Both the position numbers and the translations under genes were made by a program. Positions 1-9,003 of a DNA stretch of 64,000 bases are shown piece by piece. Source of the stretch: an uncultured Methanosarcinales archaeon (GTDB lineage: Archaea; Nanobdellota; Nanobdellia; Woesearchaeales; GW2011-AR9); the NCBI GenBank assembly GCA_964343575.1, contig CAYFJV010000002.1, positions 319,585 through 383,584 of the forward strand, in the 5' to 3' direction. Each line of letters opens with the position of its first letter. Positions within the stretch are counted from its first letter, which is position 1. Below the pieces are notes generated by a model. That model saw only the letters and a program-made list of their open reading frames with translations, was not told where the DNA came from and searched no databases.

Positions 1-771
1 GTTTTGGATTCCAAGGTGTTCTGCAAACTTCCCAGAGATAAAAGCCACAATAGGTTTTGGGAAAGGATTATTTTGTTCTTTTCTTTCAATGAGCCACTCT
101 GCGAGTTGTTCTTCGCTGGTCCCACCAATCTCTCCGAAGAGGACGATTGCTTGAGTTTGCTGATCTTGTTCAAAGTCTTTAATGATATCTAGAAAAGTGC
201 TTCCCATAAGCACATCGCTTCCAATACTTACTATGGTAGATTGACCAAGTCCTGCTTGTGTGAGTACTAATGAGGTTTCACAAGACATCCCCCCGCTTCG
301 AGAGATGACTCCAACAGAGCCGAGTTTAAGTGCTCGTTTTGATTTTCCACTTACAATTGGGCCACACTTTGATTTTTCTACAGAATAAACTCCTGCAGAA
401 GTTGCGCCAACTATTCTAGATCCTTTCTTCCTAGCAAGTGCAATACAATGAGCCATATCGTGGATAGGGATGTTTTCTGTGATTATATTGATGAGCCCAA
501 TGCCTGCTTCAATTGCTTCTACGATCGCTCCTTTTGCAAAACGAGGAGGGACCATGACTACGGAACAATTAATCTCTCCAACTTTTTCTTGGGCTTCTTT
601 TATTGAGTTAAACACAGGAACACCCTCTACTTCTTGCCCACCTTTTCCAGGAGTCACTCCGGCAACAAGCTTTGATCCAGATGCGAGCATATCAATAGTT
701 GATCTGTTTCCTTGCTTCCCAGTAATTCCTTGAATGAGGAAAGTTGTATCTTCCTTGATGAGGATACTCAT
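1..771 (-). CDS. sucD: Succinyl-CoA synthetase alpha-type / citrate-CoA ligase CoA-binding subunit (3' end outside window)
   Basis: Manual translation MSILIKEDTTFLIQGITGKQG...VAGVTPGKGGQEVEGVPVFNS...GVISRSGG...FGEIGG. Its ATG overlaps the stop of the upstream gene (ATGA). Confidence 0.85.
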   Translation of the reverse strand, partial: MSILIKEDTTFLIQGITGKQGNRSTIDMLASGSKLVAGVTPGKGGQEVEGVPVFNSIKEAQEKVGEINCSVVMVPPRFAKGAIVEAIEAGIGLINIITENIPIHDMAHCIALARKKGSRIVGATSAGVYSVEKSKCGPIVSGKSKRALKLGSVGVISRSGGMSCETSLVLTQAGLGQSTIVSIGSDVLMGSTFLDIIKDFEQDQQTQAIVLFGEIGGTSEEQLAEWLIERKEQNNPFPKPIVAFISGKFAEHLGIQN

Positions 772-1979
772 GCTCTTTGCACCCCTTTCTTTTCTTTATA
801 CTTATTAGAGAGCTCAACCATAATCTCAACTGCCTTAGTCATTGGAGTTTTCTCATCGTAGTAGTGGATGTCAAGTTTATGCGTTTGTTTAACTTCAGCT
901 AGCATTATTTTTGCTTCTTCGTCATGTGGCCCGGCTCTTCTAATCACTACTGGAAAATCTGGTTTGAGCTCAATAAGAATATCTGCGACCCCGTTTAGGG
1001 TTTCTTTGATATTAGTAAAGTTTGCAATGGCCCCTGCAACTAATAGGCCAGAGAGCTTTTCTTTGCTTAGAACTATCCTTGTTAACTTTTGGACCTTCTC
1101 TCTTGAAGGATCTCCACTGTATTCTGTAAAATTTGCAGCTTTTCCACCAAGCTCCACAAGTGTGTCCATTAAAGTCATGGATGCCCCTCCTCCGCTGGTG
1201 AGCACTCCAATGTCGCCATCAAGGTCAAAGTAAGTCTTACCTGCAACTCCTTTTGGGTCTTCTTCATCGATCTTGTTGGCAGCAATTTCTCTTGCTTTTT
1301 TCTTTCTACTATTCACTCTCTTTGGAAACTTAATCTTTCTTCTATAACTGGCATCATCATCAAGCACAGCTACAGCATCAATTGCAAGAAGCTGGTTCTT
1401 CGTATTCACTACAAGGGGATTGATCTCCACCATTTTACAATCAAACTCTGTAAAGACCGAGTAAAGCTTGGAGATAATTTCTTTTAATTGTCCTTTTATT
1501 TCTTCTTTAAGCTGAATTTTGTTGAGTGTGTTGTTAATGTCCTCTTCACTTGGACCAGTGAGATAGTTGATCTCCTGAGTAAGAATTTTTTCTGGACTTT
1601 CTTTTTTGAGTTGCTCAATGTTTACTCCGCCCTCTTCGCTGAAGATGAGTAAAGGAATTCTTTTACTAGTATCAAAAAGAAGCCCAAGATAGAACTCTTT
1701 TTTGATGTCCACTTTTTCGTCAATGAGAATCTCAGTAATGGTTTCATTCAGGAATGTTTTGCCAAGAAATCTGTTTGCTTTTTCTTTTGCTTCTTCCTGA
1801 TTGTTTACAAAGTGGATGCCTCCTGCTTTCCCTCTCCCATTAGCTACTGTTTGTACTTTAAGCACTTTTTCAGAATGGAGGAGAGGAATATCTTGCGGAG
1901 AAGTTATAAGAATTCCACTATTACAAGGAATTTCTTTAGCTCTGAGGAGCTGTTTTGCTTCAAACTCTTTGAGTTTCAT
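768..1979 (-). CDS. ATP-grasp acyl-CoA synthetase beta subunit, ATP-citrate lyase/citryl-CoA synthetase-like
   Basis: MKLKEFEAK, GRGKAGG and EINPL (SucC-type ATP-grasp). The C-terminal GGGAS, ANFTEYSG, GAIANFT and RRAGP motifs resemble the ACL citrate-binding domain. Confidence 0.85.
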   Translation of the reverse strand: MKLKEFEAKQLLRAKEIPCNSGILITSPQDIPLLHSEKVLKVQTVANGRGKAGGIHFVNNQEEAKEKANRFLGKTFLNETITEILIDEKVDIKKEFYLGLLFDTSKRIPLLIFSEEGGVNIEQLKKESPEKILTQEINYLTGPSEEDINNTLNKIQLKEEIKGQLKEIISKLYSVFTEFDCKMVEINPLVVNTKNQLLAIDAVAVLDDDASYRRKIKFPKRVNSRKKKAREIAANKIDEEDPKGVAGKTYFDLDGDIGVLTSGGGASMTLMDTLVELGGKAANFTEYSGDPSREKVQKLTRIVLSKEKLSGLLVAGAIANFTNIKETLNGVADILIELKPDFPVVIRRAGPHDEEAKIMLAEVKQTHKLDIHYYDEKTPMTKAVEIMVELSNKYKEKKGVQRA

Positions 1980-2761
1980 TTTGTTATTTCTTTGCTCTCT
2001 TTTTCGTTTAAGTGGAGATCATAATAATGTTTTCTTGCAATTGAGAGGTTTTCATGTGATCCAATGTCAAACCAATGTTCTTTGAATGAGAATCCGTGCC
2101 CTCCAGAGTTTTCTACAACATGTTTGAACAAGTTTCCAGGAGCGTCTCCAAGTTCTTCTCTTTTTGCATTACGAATAAGTGGAAGATCATCTTTGTGGTA
2201 GAGATAACAAGCAGTTGCAGCTAAGGTGCTTTTTGGCTCTTCTGGTTTTTCTTGAAAGTCAATCACTTGAGAACCCTCTAAGATGCAAACACCAAATCGT
2301 TTCCTTACTGCATCAGGGTGCTCAAGGTCTCTAAGAGCAATAGCACTTTGTCCTTTCTCTTGAAAAAAGCTTATGAACTCTTGAAGGGAGAAGCCAAATA
2401 AATTATCTCCAGCAATGACTAAAAGATCGTCATTGATATTTGCTCTTTCTATTGTGAAGTGGATATCTCCTACTGCCCCTAACCTGTTCTCATTTGTGGT
2501 GGTCCCATCATTAAAGACAGTAATCTTTTTTGAAGACTTCATTCTCCCAAGATACCTTTCAACTTGATCAAAGAAGGTATGGTTTGTAGTCACAAATATT
2601 TCATCAATGGTGGCTATCTTCTCAAGTTTCTCAATAATGTGTTGAAGGATTGTTTTATCAGCAACAGTAACTAAGGGTTTGGCAAGGTTTTTTGTGAGTG
2701 GATAGAGCCTGGTTCCGTAACCAGCTGCTAGAACAAGTGCCTTCATACTTTTTGGACTCAA
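1976..2761 (-). CDS. NDP-sugar pyrophosphorylase (nucleotidyltransferase)
   Basis: MKALVLAAGYGTRLYPLT...KPL, EKP and WFDIG motifs. The probable start is MKALV, 5 codons into the ORF. Confidence 0.9.
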   Translation of the reverse strand: MSPKSMKALVLAAGYGTRLYPLTKNLAKPLVTVADKTILQHIIEKLEKIATIDEIFVTTNHTFFDQVERYLGRMKSSKKITVFNDGTTTNENRLGAVGDIHFTIERANINDDLLVIAGDNLFGFSLQEFISFFQEKGQSAIALRDLEHPDAVRKRFGVCILEGSQVIDFQEKPEEPKSTLAATACYLYHKDDLPLIRNAKREELGDAPGNLFKHVVENSGGHGFSFKEHWFDIGSHENLSIARKHYYDLHLNEKESKEITK

Positions 2762-2975
2762 GTTTTTGCTTAAAAAGCTTGTGAATGCAAGGTTTGACTA
2801 TTAGTAAGTGGTTTGGGGCTTTTTACTCCCTGTCTTTATTTTCTGTATTTTAATTGTGGGTTAGATTTTGCAGTTATAAAAGAGAGATTGTTTTAGTTGA
2901 TAGTGTCATTTTCAATGTGAGTAAAAGAATGTTAGTTCATTAAATTTAAATGGTTGAGCTTTCTCTTAACTCATT

Positions 2976-3284
2976 ATGGGAAGAGACAAAACAAAATTAG
3001 ATGCGGCGAAGCAACTATTTACAACTGGTCAAAGATATGATGTCAGAGACATCCGTTCGATCGCCAGGTTACTTGTAGGTGGGGAAGATAGGGTGTATAT
3101 TAGGCACAGGGGAGTGGAATCACTGCATGAGGCAGGAGAAAACTCAGTTGCTCTCTCGTTAGATGAGAGAATACCTGAATTTCCTTTTTCTGAACATTTT
3201 TCTCTTGATATTGGCTATGTTGATTCTTCGGAGTTCTTGACCTTTGGATATGATCGTTCAACAGGGTATGTATTTCAAGGGTAG
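2976..3284 (+). CDS. Hypothetical protein
   Basis: 102-aa ORF with an AT-rich TATA-like sequence upstream; no recognised motif. Confidence 0.5.
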   Translation: MGRDKTKLDAAKQLFTTGQRYDVRDIRSIARLLVGGEDRVYIRHRGVESLHEAGENSVALSLDERIPEFPFSEHFSLDIGYVDSSEFLTFGYDRSTGYVFQG

Positions 3285-3318
3285 TGTTGTTAAAGCCCGA
3301 GAAATATTAAAAGAAAGA

Positions 3319-3430
3319 TAGACAGCTTATCGCCCTTCCCATACAAAGTATAGTAACAAGCAATACGGAAGCGCGTTTAACTTCTGTGTTCGAAATGGGA
3401 ACAGGTGATCCACGCCCCTATGGCCGTCTA
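3319..3430 (-). rRNA. rrf: 5S rRNA (unlinked)
   Basis: Reverse complement TAGACGGCCATAG...CACCTGTTCCCATTTCGAACACAGAAGTTAA...GGGAA...GCTGTCTA. Typical 5S loop C sequence and paired termini. Confidence 0.92.
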
Positions 3431-3550
3431 AGAGGATATTTTTTGGTTTTGTTTATAAAGTTTTCTGTGCTTTTGTGGGAGAGATTCGGTCTTTTTGTTC
3501 TTCTTTTGCCTTTCATAAGCCTTATAAGTACTTTTGAAGGTTCTTTGTTT

Positions 3551-4342
3551 ATGAAAAAGAGGGTGATCATTGCAGATGTTGATGAAACTATTTGTGAGAC
3601 TACACAAACTGTAAGTCCCCATATGGCTAAATTGGTGGAATCTTTTATTTCTGCAGGCCATACTTTTGCTTTTATTAGTGGTACTAAAGAGAGTTACATG
3701 ACTGAGATGCTGAGCTCCCAACTACAAGGAAAACATTTCTTGCTTCCTTGTACAGGGATGCTTTGTATAGAAGCGGAAAGTGGTGAAAAGAAAACTGTTT
3801 ATGAGAATCTTCTTTCTGCTGCTGAACGTAAAGAGGTTATGGAGGCTCTTGAAGAGCTCGTTAGTTACTTTAACATTATTACTTTGACTACCAAGGAAGA
3901 TCAAATTCAAGATAGGGGGGCTCAAATTACTCTCTCTCCAATTGGTCGTAGTGCCCCAATTGAATTGAAGAAGAAATTAGATCCAGACGGAAGCAAAAGG
4001 AAGATTTGGGTAGCCCATCTTAAAACTCTTCTTGACCCCAAAAAATATGATATGACTATTGCTGGGACAACTTCAATTGACATTACCAGAAAAGGGTTAG
4101 ATAAGGGCTGGGGTATCAAGAATTTTTGTGAGCATTATGACATTGATTTGCAGGACGTTTTATTTATTGGGGATAAAACATACCCTGGGGGGAATGATTA
4201 TGCTGCAACACAAGTTGTAGATTTTATCTCTGTAAAAAACCCTGATGGGGCTTATGAAAAATTAAAGGAAGTTTTTAGTGGTGATTTTAGTTCTCTCTCA
4301 CCAGCTCTTGGAGTTTTCCCTGATCATAAAGTTGTTCAGTGA
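3551..4342 (+). CDS. HAD-IIB hydrolase, phosphomannomutase (PMM)-like
   Basis: ADVDETI (DxD), SPIGR and FIGDKTYPGGND motifs. The true start is probably ATG 3551, because the longer ORF overlaps the 5S rRNA. Confidence 0.85.
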   Translation: MKKRVIIADVDETICETTQTVSPHMAKLVESFISAGHTFAFISGTKESYMTEMLSSQLQGKHFLLPCTGMLCIEAESGEKKTVYENLLSAAERKEVMEALEELVSYFNIITLTTKEDQIQDRGAQITLSPIGRSAPIELKKKLDPDGSKRKIWVAHLKTLLDPKKYDMTIAGTTSIDITRKGLDKGWGIKNFCEHYDIDLQDVLFIGDKTYPGGNDYAATQVVDFISVKNPDGAYEKLKEVFSGDFSSLSPALGVFPDHKVVQ

Positions 4343-4601
4343 TATCGCAACCGCCAATGAATTGTTCGTTGATGTAAAGCTGGGGAATGGTTGGCCAATG
4401 AGCGTATTCTTTAATCCCTTGGCGAATGTTTGGATCGCTAAGCACGTTGAAGGATCCAAAGTCTATGTTTAAAAGTTTAAGGATGTTGACAACTCGCATA
4501 GAAAATCCGCACTCGGGAGCTTCTGGTGTTCCTTTCATAAAGAGAAATACTTTTTTGCTTTTGATCATGTTTGTTATTCTTTGTTTGAGTTCTTCATTCA
4601 T
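4287..4601 (-). CDS. grxD: Monothiol glutaredoxin (Grx4/GrxD, CGFS)
   Basis: FMKGTPEAPECGFS, WPTIPQLY and GGCD motifs; start MNEELK at 4601. Confidence 0.95.
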   Translation of the reverse strand: MNEELKQRITNMIKSKKVFLFMKGTPEAPECGFSMRVVNILKLLNIDFGSFNVLSDPNIRQGIKEYAHWPTIPQLYINEQFIGGCDITEQLYDQGKLQELVREN

Positions 4602-4628
4602 TTTGATCTCTCCTTTGTTTTCTTTTTT

Positions 4629-4761
4629 GAGTGTGTTCATCAGGCGAGAAGACCCGGGGCACTCTTGTTCGCCAGTAGCTTTTTTCTTGAGCAAGAAAAA
4701 AAGGGCCTCCAAGAGGATCGCTTCTTGTTTTCTTTGGCCCCGCAAATTGATGAACACACTC
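4629..4761. ncRNA. Structured intergenic element, copy 1 of 3 (putative ncRNA/cis-element)
   Basis: Perfect 14-bp closing inverted repeat GAGTGTGTTCATCA/TGATGAACACACTC around a CTCTTG...CAAGAG core shared with 12126-12249 and 48130-48260. Confidence 0.6.
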
Positions 4762-4774
4762 TTTTTTGAACAAG

Positions 4775-5029
4775 TTATTCTTCTCTTGTCTCAATCCCTA
4801 AGGCATGTACTTCTTCTTTAAGTTCTTCTTCTAAACACTTGTAAACCATTCTGTGTTGCTCAATGAGGGATTTGCCTTTGAAGAGCGGGCTGATGACAAC
4901 TGCTTTGATATGGATTTGATCTTTTCTTGGATCAAGGATCTCTACCTTTGCTCCAGGAAGTCCTTGCTCGATCTTCTTTTTGATCATCTCTAATTTTGCT
5001 AATCCTGACATAGGGTTTAGGAAGTGCAA
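4775..5029 (-). CDS. bolA: BolA/IbaG family protein
   Basis: HIKAVVISPLFKGKSLIEQHRMVY...EVHAL; adjacent to grxD. The start may be a downstream Met. Confidence 0.92.
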   Translation of the reverse strand: MHFLNPMSGLAKLEMIKKKIEQGLPGAKVEILDPRKDQIHIKAVVISPLFKGKSLIEQHRMVYKCLEEELKEEVHALGIETREE

Positions 5030-5065
5030 AAGGTTAAAAAGCTTGCCTTCCTGTTTTTAGAAATT

Positions 5066-6010
5066 ATGTTGGATAAAGAAACTGTTTTGAAGATCCGTAA
5101 GGCAGGAAAAATTGCAGCTCAAGTTCGCCGGGAAGGTGCTGCAAAGCTTGCAGTCCCTGGAGCTTCTTTTTTAGAGACCATGGATTATTGTGAGAAACGC
5201 ATTGTTGAGCTTGGCGGTCAAATTGCTTGGGCGCAGATGGCAGTAAATGATGTTGCTGCGCACTTTTGTCCCTTGGAAGATGATGCTAGTGTGGGTAATT
5301 CTGAAGATCTTCTTAAGATAGATATTGGCGTGCATTTGGATGGCTATATCGCTGATAACGCAATGACTGTTGCTGTTGGAGCGATGGAAAAAAACATTAA
5401 TGATCCAAACGGAGAGTATGCAGACTTGATTAAGGCTGCACAGAATGCGCTTCGTGCTGCTGCTAAGTTGGTTGAGCCTGGTCGGCAATTATGGGAATTA
5501 GGAGAAGCGCAATTTAGTGAAGCTGAAGCTCTTGGTTTTACAACTGTGAAAAATTTGTCTGGCCATACTATTGAACCTTATATTGTTCATGCGGGAGTAA
5601 GCATTCCTTCTTTTAACAATGGAGATAAGACTGAGCTTCGTGAGGGTTGGCAGATAGCAATTGAGCCTTTTGTTACCAATGGACAAGGTTTGATTCGAGA
5701 GAAACAACCAGGAACAATTTTTATGCAGCAACGAGATGGCGGAGTTCGTAGTCCTTATGCTAGGAAGATTTTGACAGATCTTCGTGACTTGAATGGTTTA
5801 CCTTTTACTACTCGTTGGATGACAAGAAAGTATGGTGGTGGAGCAAAGCTTGGGATGCGAGAGTTACTTCGCACAGGGATTGTAAAAAGCTATCCCCCTT
5901 TGGTAGAAGTTGGTAAGGGTATGGTTGCTCAGTTTGAACATTCCTTTATTGTTGGTGATGGAAAGGGCGCTGCGCAATGTTACACTCGGCATAAAGATGA
6001 TGCTTGGTAG
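5066..6010 (+). CDS. map: Methionine aminopeptidase type II
   Basis: AAHF, KIDIGVHLDGYIAD, NLSGH, AIEPF and AQFEH metal ligands; archaeal insertion present. Confidence 0.95.
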   Translation: MLDKETVLKIRKAGKIAAQVRREGAAKLAVPGASFLETMDYCEKRIVELGGQIAWAQMAVNDVAAHFCPLEDDASVGNSEDLLKIDIGVHLDGYIADNAMTVAVGAMEKNINDPNGEYADLIKAAQNALRAAAKLVEPGRQLWELGEAQFSEAEALGFTTVKNLSGHTIEPYIVHAGVSIPSFNNGDKTELREGWQIAIEPFVTNGQGLIREKQPGTIFMQQRDGGVRSPYARKILTDLRDLNGLPFTTRWMTRKYGGGAKLGMRELLRTGIVKSYPPLVEVGKGMVAQFEHSFIVGDGKGAAQCYTRHKDDAW

Positions 6011-6054
6011 GCTCAGCTTGAGTAATTTAAGAAAATAGAAAGTAAAGAAGAAAT

Positions 6055-7005
6055 CTACTTCAAAATAACTTCTGGGATTGGATTTGAGTAAAGCCTTTCT
6101 GTATAGATCTGAAACTGGTATCCTTCAATGTCTGATCCGAACTCATGCTCTAGCTGCTCAATTGCTTTAAGAAGATCATAATAATCTTTCCCGAAAAAAG
6201 TCATTTCAATATTCCAAGGACCAATCACTTTTCTAGTTTTCCCGTATTTGATATCTGCGTAGAGAAGTTTAGTTAGTTTAGCTTCGTGCTTTAGAAGATT
6301 GTTAAGTTTGATGAGCAGTACACACCAGAAATTGTGTCCAACTTTAAGTGCCTCATGCTTTGTTGCAAAACACTCTACAAAACGAGAATCTGTAAAACGA
6401 TTGATTTTTTGCCGAATAGTTTCTACAGACAGCCCAGTATCTTTTGCAAGGTTAACTAAAGAATTTGCTGGATCTTTGCTCAGTTCTCTTAAGAGCTTCT
6501 TGTCCCCTGCATTGAGCTTGATAAAAGTCATTTCTTTTCTTTTTTCTTTTTTGAGGTCTTTTGTAGTATAAGATTCTCCTTTGAGAACTCCTCGGTTGAT
6601 AAGCACTTCTTTTTTGATAATGTTACTTCCGAACTTGCCTTCAATATCATTAAGAAACTTTTCTAACTCTTGTACAGTTTTTGTTACAAAGGTGATACGA
6701 ACATTGTACTCTGGAAAAGCAGCACCTACCCAACGCACATTTGGATGTTTCTTTATGGCCTCAGCTAGTTTTGCTTTTACTTGAGGGAATTTGAAGATCT
6801 TAAGATAAATAACATATTTTGTAAAACCTAGTGCCTCGTAATTGAGAAGTAATTCGGTTCCAACGATGATGCCTTGTTTCTCAAGCTTTTGCTTGTTGTA
6901 TTTTGCAACGTGTCTTGGTGCTCCAATCTTTCTTGCCAGCTCAGATGTGCTTATTCGGCAATCACCTGAAAGAACTTCTAAGGTTTTTGCTAACTTTTGA
7001 TCCAT
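6055..7005 (-). CDS. Lrp/AsnC family regulator, tandem duplicated HTH-RAM
   Basis: Two HTH units (DCRISTSELARKIG; SLVNLAKDTGLSVETIRQKI); paralog of 9004-9972. Confidence 0.85.
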   Translation of the reverse strand: MDQKLAKTLEVLSGDCRISTSELARKIGAPRHVAKYNKQKLEKQGIIVGTELLLNYEALGFTKYVIYLKIFKFPQVKAKLAEAIKKHPNVRWVGAAFPEYNVRITFVTKTVQELEKFLNDIEGKFGSNIIKKEVLINRGVLKGESYTTKDLKKEKRKEMTFIKLNAGDKKLLRELSKDPANSLVNLAKDTGLSVETIRQKINRFTDSRFVECFATKHEALKVGHNFWCVLLIKLNNLLKHEAKLTKLLYADIKYGKTRKVIGPWNIEMTFFGKDYYDLLKAIEQLEHEFGSDIEGYQFQIYTERLYSNPIPEVILK

Positions 7006-7082
7006 AGCTCTCTAAAAATCAATTTAGTTTATAATTGTTTCTGTAGAATGAATATTCTGTTCCTTATATTTTCCTTTTGTTT

Positions 7083-7919
7083 TCATTTCCTGTGTGGAAG
7101 AAGACCTAAAAGTTCTCTTCTTGAATGAATAAGGTAATCTGGCCTGAGCTTTTCAAGGCGACTTCTTGCCCAAGGATTTTCTGGATCAGCGATGGCAACT
7201 ACATAGTTTCCTGCAACTCTAGCTTTTTTGACATCTTCTGGGGAATCTCCAACCACCAGGATTTGATCTGGTCTTAGATCTAGGTGTTCGTAGTGACCTA
7301 TGATCCAAGCAGTGTAGGCTGGACCTTTTCTGAATGTATCTCCTCGGTTCCCTAAGACAAATTCTAAGTGCGGCCCTAGGGTTGGGAAGCGCCTCACATT
7401 TGCTTCTAATCTTTTTTGTGGTACGCTTGAGCCAATTCCACAAGTGTAGCCTCTTTCCCTAAGAGTTCTCACTGTCTCTTCTGTATCATCAAAGAGTTGT
7501 ACGACACTGTCATCTACCAATTCGTTAAACCTTCGACTCCAAGCTGCTCTTCTTTCTGGGTCTTTAGAGATGAGCCCTCCTTCTGGGGCGGCTGATTCTC
7601 CAAAACAAGTGATGAAGATCTCCTCTAGGTGTGCTAACTGATCAAAACGGCTTTGCCCTCCAGTAACACCCGCATAGAGTACTTGGCAATAGGGGCTGTT
7701 ATTATTCTCTGACCTTCCGTTTTGGTTGCTTCTGAGTGCTTCAAGTTCTCTTCTGAGCCCAGGATAGTACTCTAGGGTCGCTTCAACAAATGCCCAAGGT
7801 TTGAGGCCTGGTGTTCTCAGAGCCATGCTGTTGGCAAGTGTCGCATCCCAATCAAATTGAACCACAGCGATATCTCTAAGTGAAGGTTTAGATATTACTC
7901 TTGGAATTATTGACGCCAC
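7083..7919 (-). CDS. HAD family phosphatase
   Basis: FDWDATL motif I and VVGDSPEDV motif IV. Confidence 0.85.
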   Translation of the reverse strand: MASIIPRVISKPSLRDIAVVQFDWDATLANSMALRTPGLKPWAFVEATLEYYPGLRRELEALRSNQNGRSENNNSPYCQVLYAGVTGGQSRFDQLAHLEEIFITCFGESAAPEGGLISKDPERRAAWSRRFNELVDDSVVQLFDDTEETVRTLRERGYTCGIGSSVPQKRLEANVRRFPTLGPHLEFVLGNRGDTFRKGPAYTAWIIGHYEHLDLRPDQILVVGDSPEDVKKARVAGNYVVAIADPENPWARSRLEKLRPDYLIHSRRELLGLLPHRK

Positions 7920-7970
7920 TTTGCTCTTTTATCTGGGCTTTTTTAAGAAATTTACTCTGATCTTGGGAAA

Positions 7971-8933
7971 TTAGAGGAGACTCTCCGCGCCGTGCTGTTG
8001 AATATGCTTGAGAGTTGCAGTAAGATAAGGTCTTCCTTCTTTTCCTTCTGCTCTTGCTCCGAATACTTTATCGTCCTTTGCACCACCTCTCCCAAAAAGG
8101 TACACTGGACCTTCTAAGCTACACATTCCACCTTGAGTTTCTTGGTAAGGTATGTCTGTTGGAATTAATGTAATCCCTGGCACTTCATCGTGTGGTTGAT
8201 ACTGCTTGAGAAGCTCCATTAAATCTCGGTTTTTTATGCGCCCTCTTCTCAGAACAACATTCACGGAGCCGAGTTCTGCTTCATCTACTAGGTGGATTCC
8301 TGGGACTCCGTTTTCTAAGATATGCTCTGTAAGATTTCCACCAACTTCTTCATCGGTTTCTCTTCTTAAGGCAAACCCAACAGCCCCATAAGGAAAATTT
8401 GGATTAGCAACCGCATTGGTCAAATCTCTCTCTTCAATCTCTCCTGCTGCGTAAGCTCCATGAATCTGACCATTTCTTTTTACTTGACCAACTAAGAAAA
8501 GACCTCCTGGAATTTCTCTTCTTCGAGAGAGTCTTATGGGCCCTTCTACCAGTGCAAGTCCAGAAACATTTGCTATTCTTGGACTCTTATTTTTGAGCTT
8601 GCTTGGCTCATAATGATGTCTCCCATGTAATTCTTGTAGTGCCCTTCCTACAAAACTTGGGGTTCTCATTACTGCTAGGTCTAATCTTGTTCCATCTTCA
8701 CTAGTTTCTATTATTGGAAAAGAGGTTCCCTTCCCATTCCATCCTTTGCTTGGCTTTCCTGCCGCTTGCCACTCTGCTTCTGTTGTTGGTGCTCTGGCAA
8801 AACCTTCTCTTTGATAGTGGGCGAGAACTTCTGGATCTACTGCAAGGGCATCTCCGGCCCTTCTTTTGAGCCTTTGTCCTTCAAGAACAATTGTACTTAT
8901 CTCTCTAATATTTGGGTAGATGATTCTTGCCAT
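7971..8933 (-). CDS. Hypothetical protein with degenerate NUDIX box
   Basis: AAGEIEE...ALRRETDEEVG resembles a NUDIX signature. Confidence 0.55.
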   Translation of the reverse strand: MARIIYPNIREISTIVLEGQRLKRRAGDALAVDPEVLAHYQREGFARAPTTEAEWQAAGKPSKGWNGKGTSFPIIETSEDGTRLDLAVMRTPSFVGRALQELHGRHHYEPSKLKNKSPRIANVSGLALVEGPIRLSRRREIPGGLFLVGQVKRNGQIHGAYAAGEIEERDLTNAVANPNFPYGAVGFALRRETDEEVGGNLTEHILENGVPGIHLVDEAELGSVNVVLRRGRIKNRDLMELLKQYQPHDEVPGITLIPTDIPYQETQGGMCSLEGPVYLFGRGGAKDDKVFGARAEGKEGRPYLTATLKHIQQHGAESLL

Positions 8934-9003
8934 TTGGGAAGTGTTCCAAGGGGGAGCTATTTAAGAAAGTTCTTGAGAAAGATGAAAAAAAAGGGTTTTG
9001 GGA

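Noticed and set aside
3386..3550. N-terminal extension of the HAD ORF
   Set aside because: It overlaps the 5S rRNA and promoter; the DxD motif places the start at 3551.
4602..4757. N-terminal extension of the glutaredoxin ORF
   Set aside because: It runs through the structured element; the GGAGA RBS and the family length support ATG 4601.
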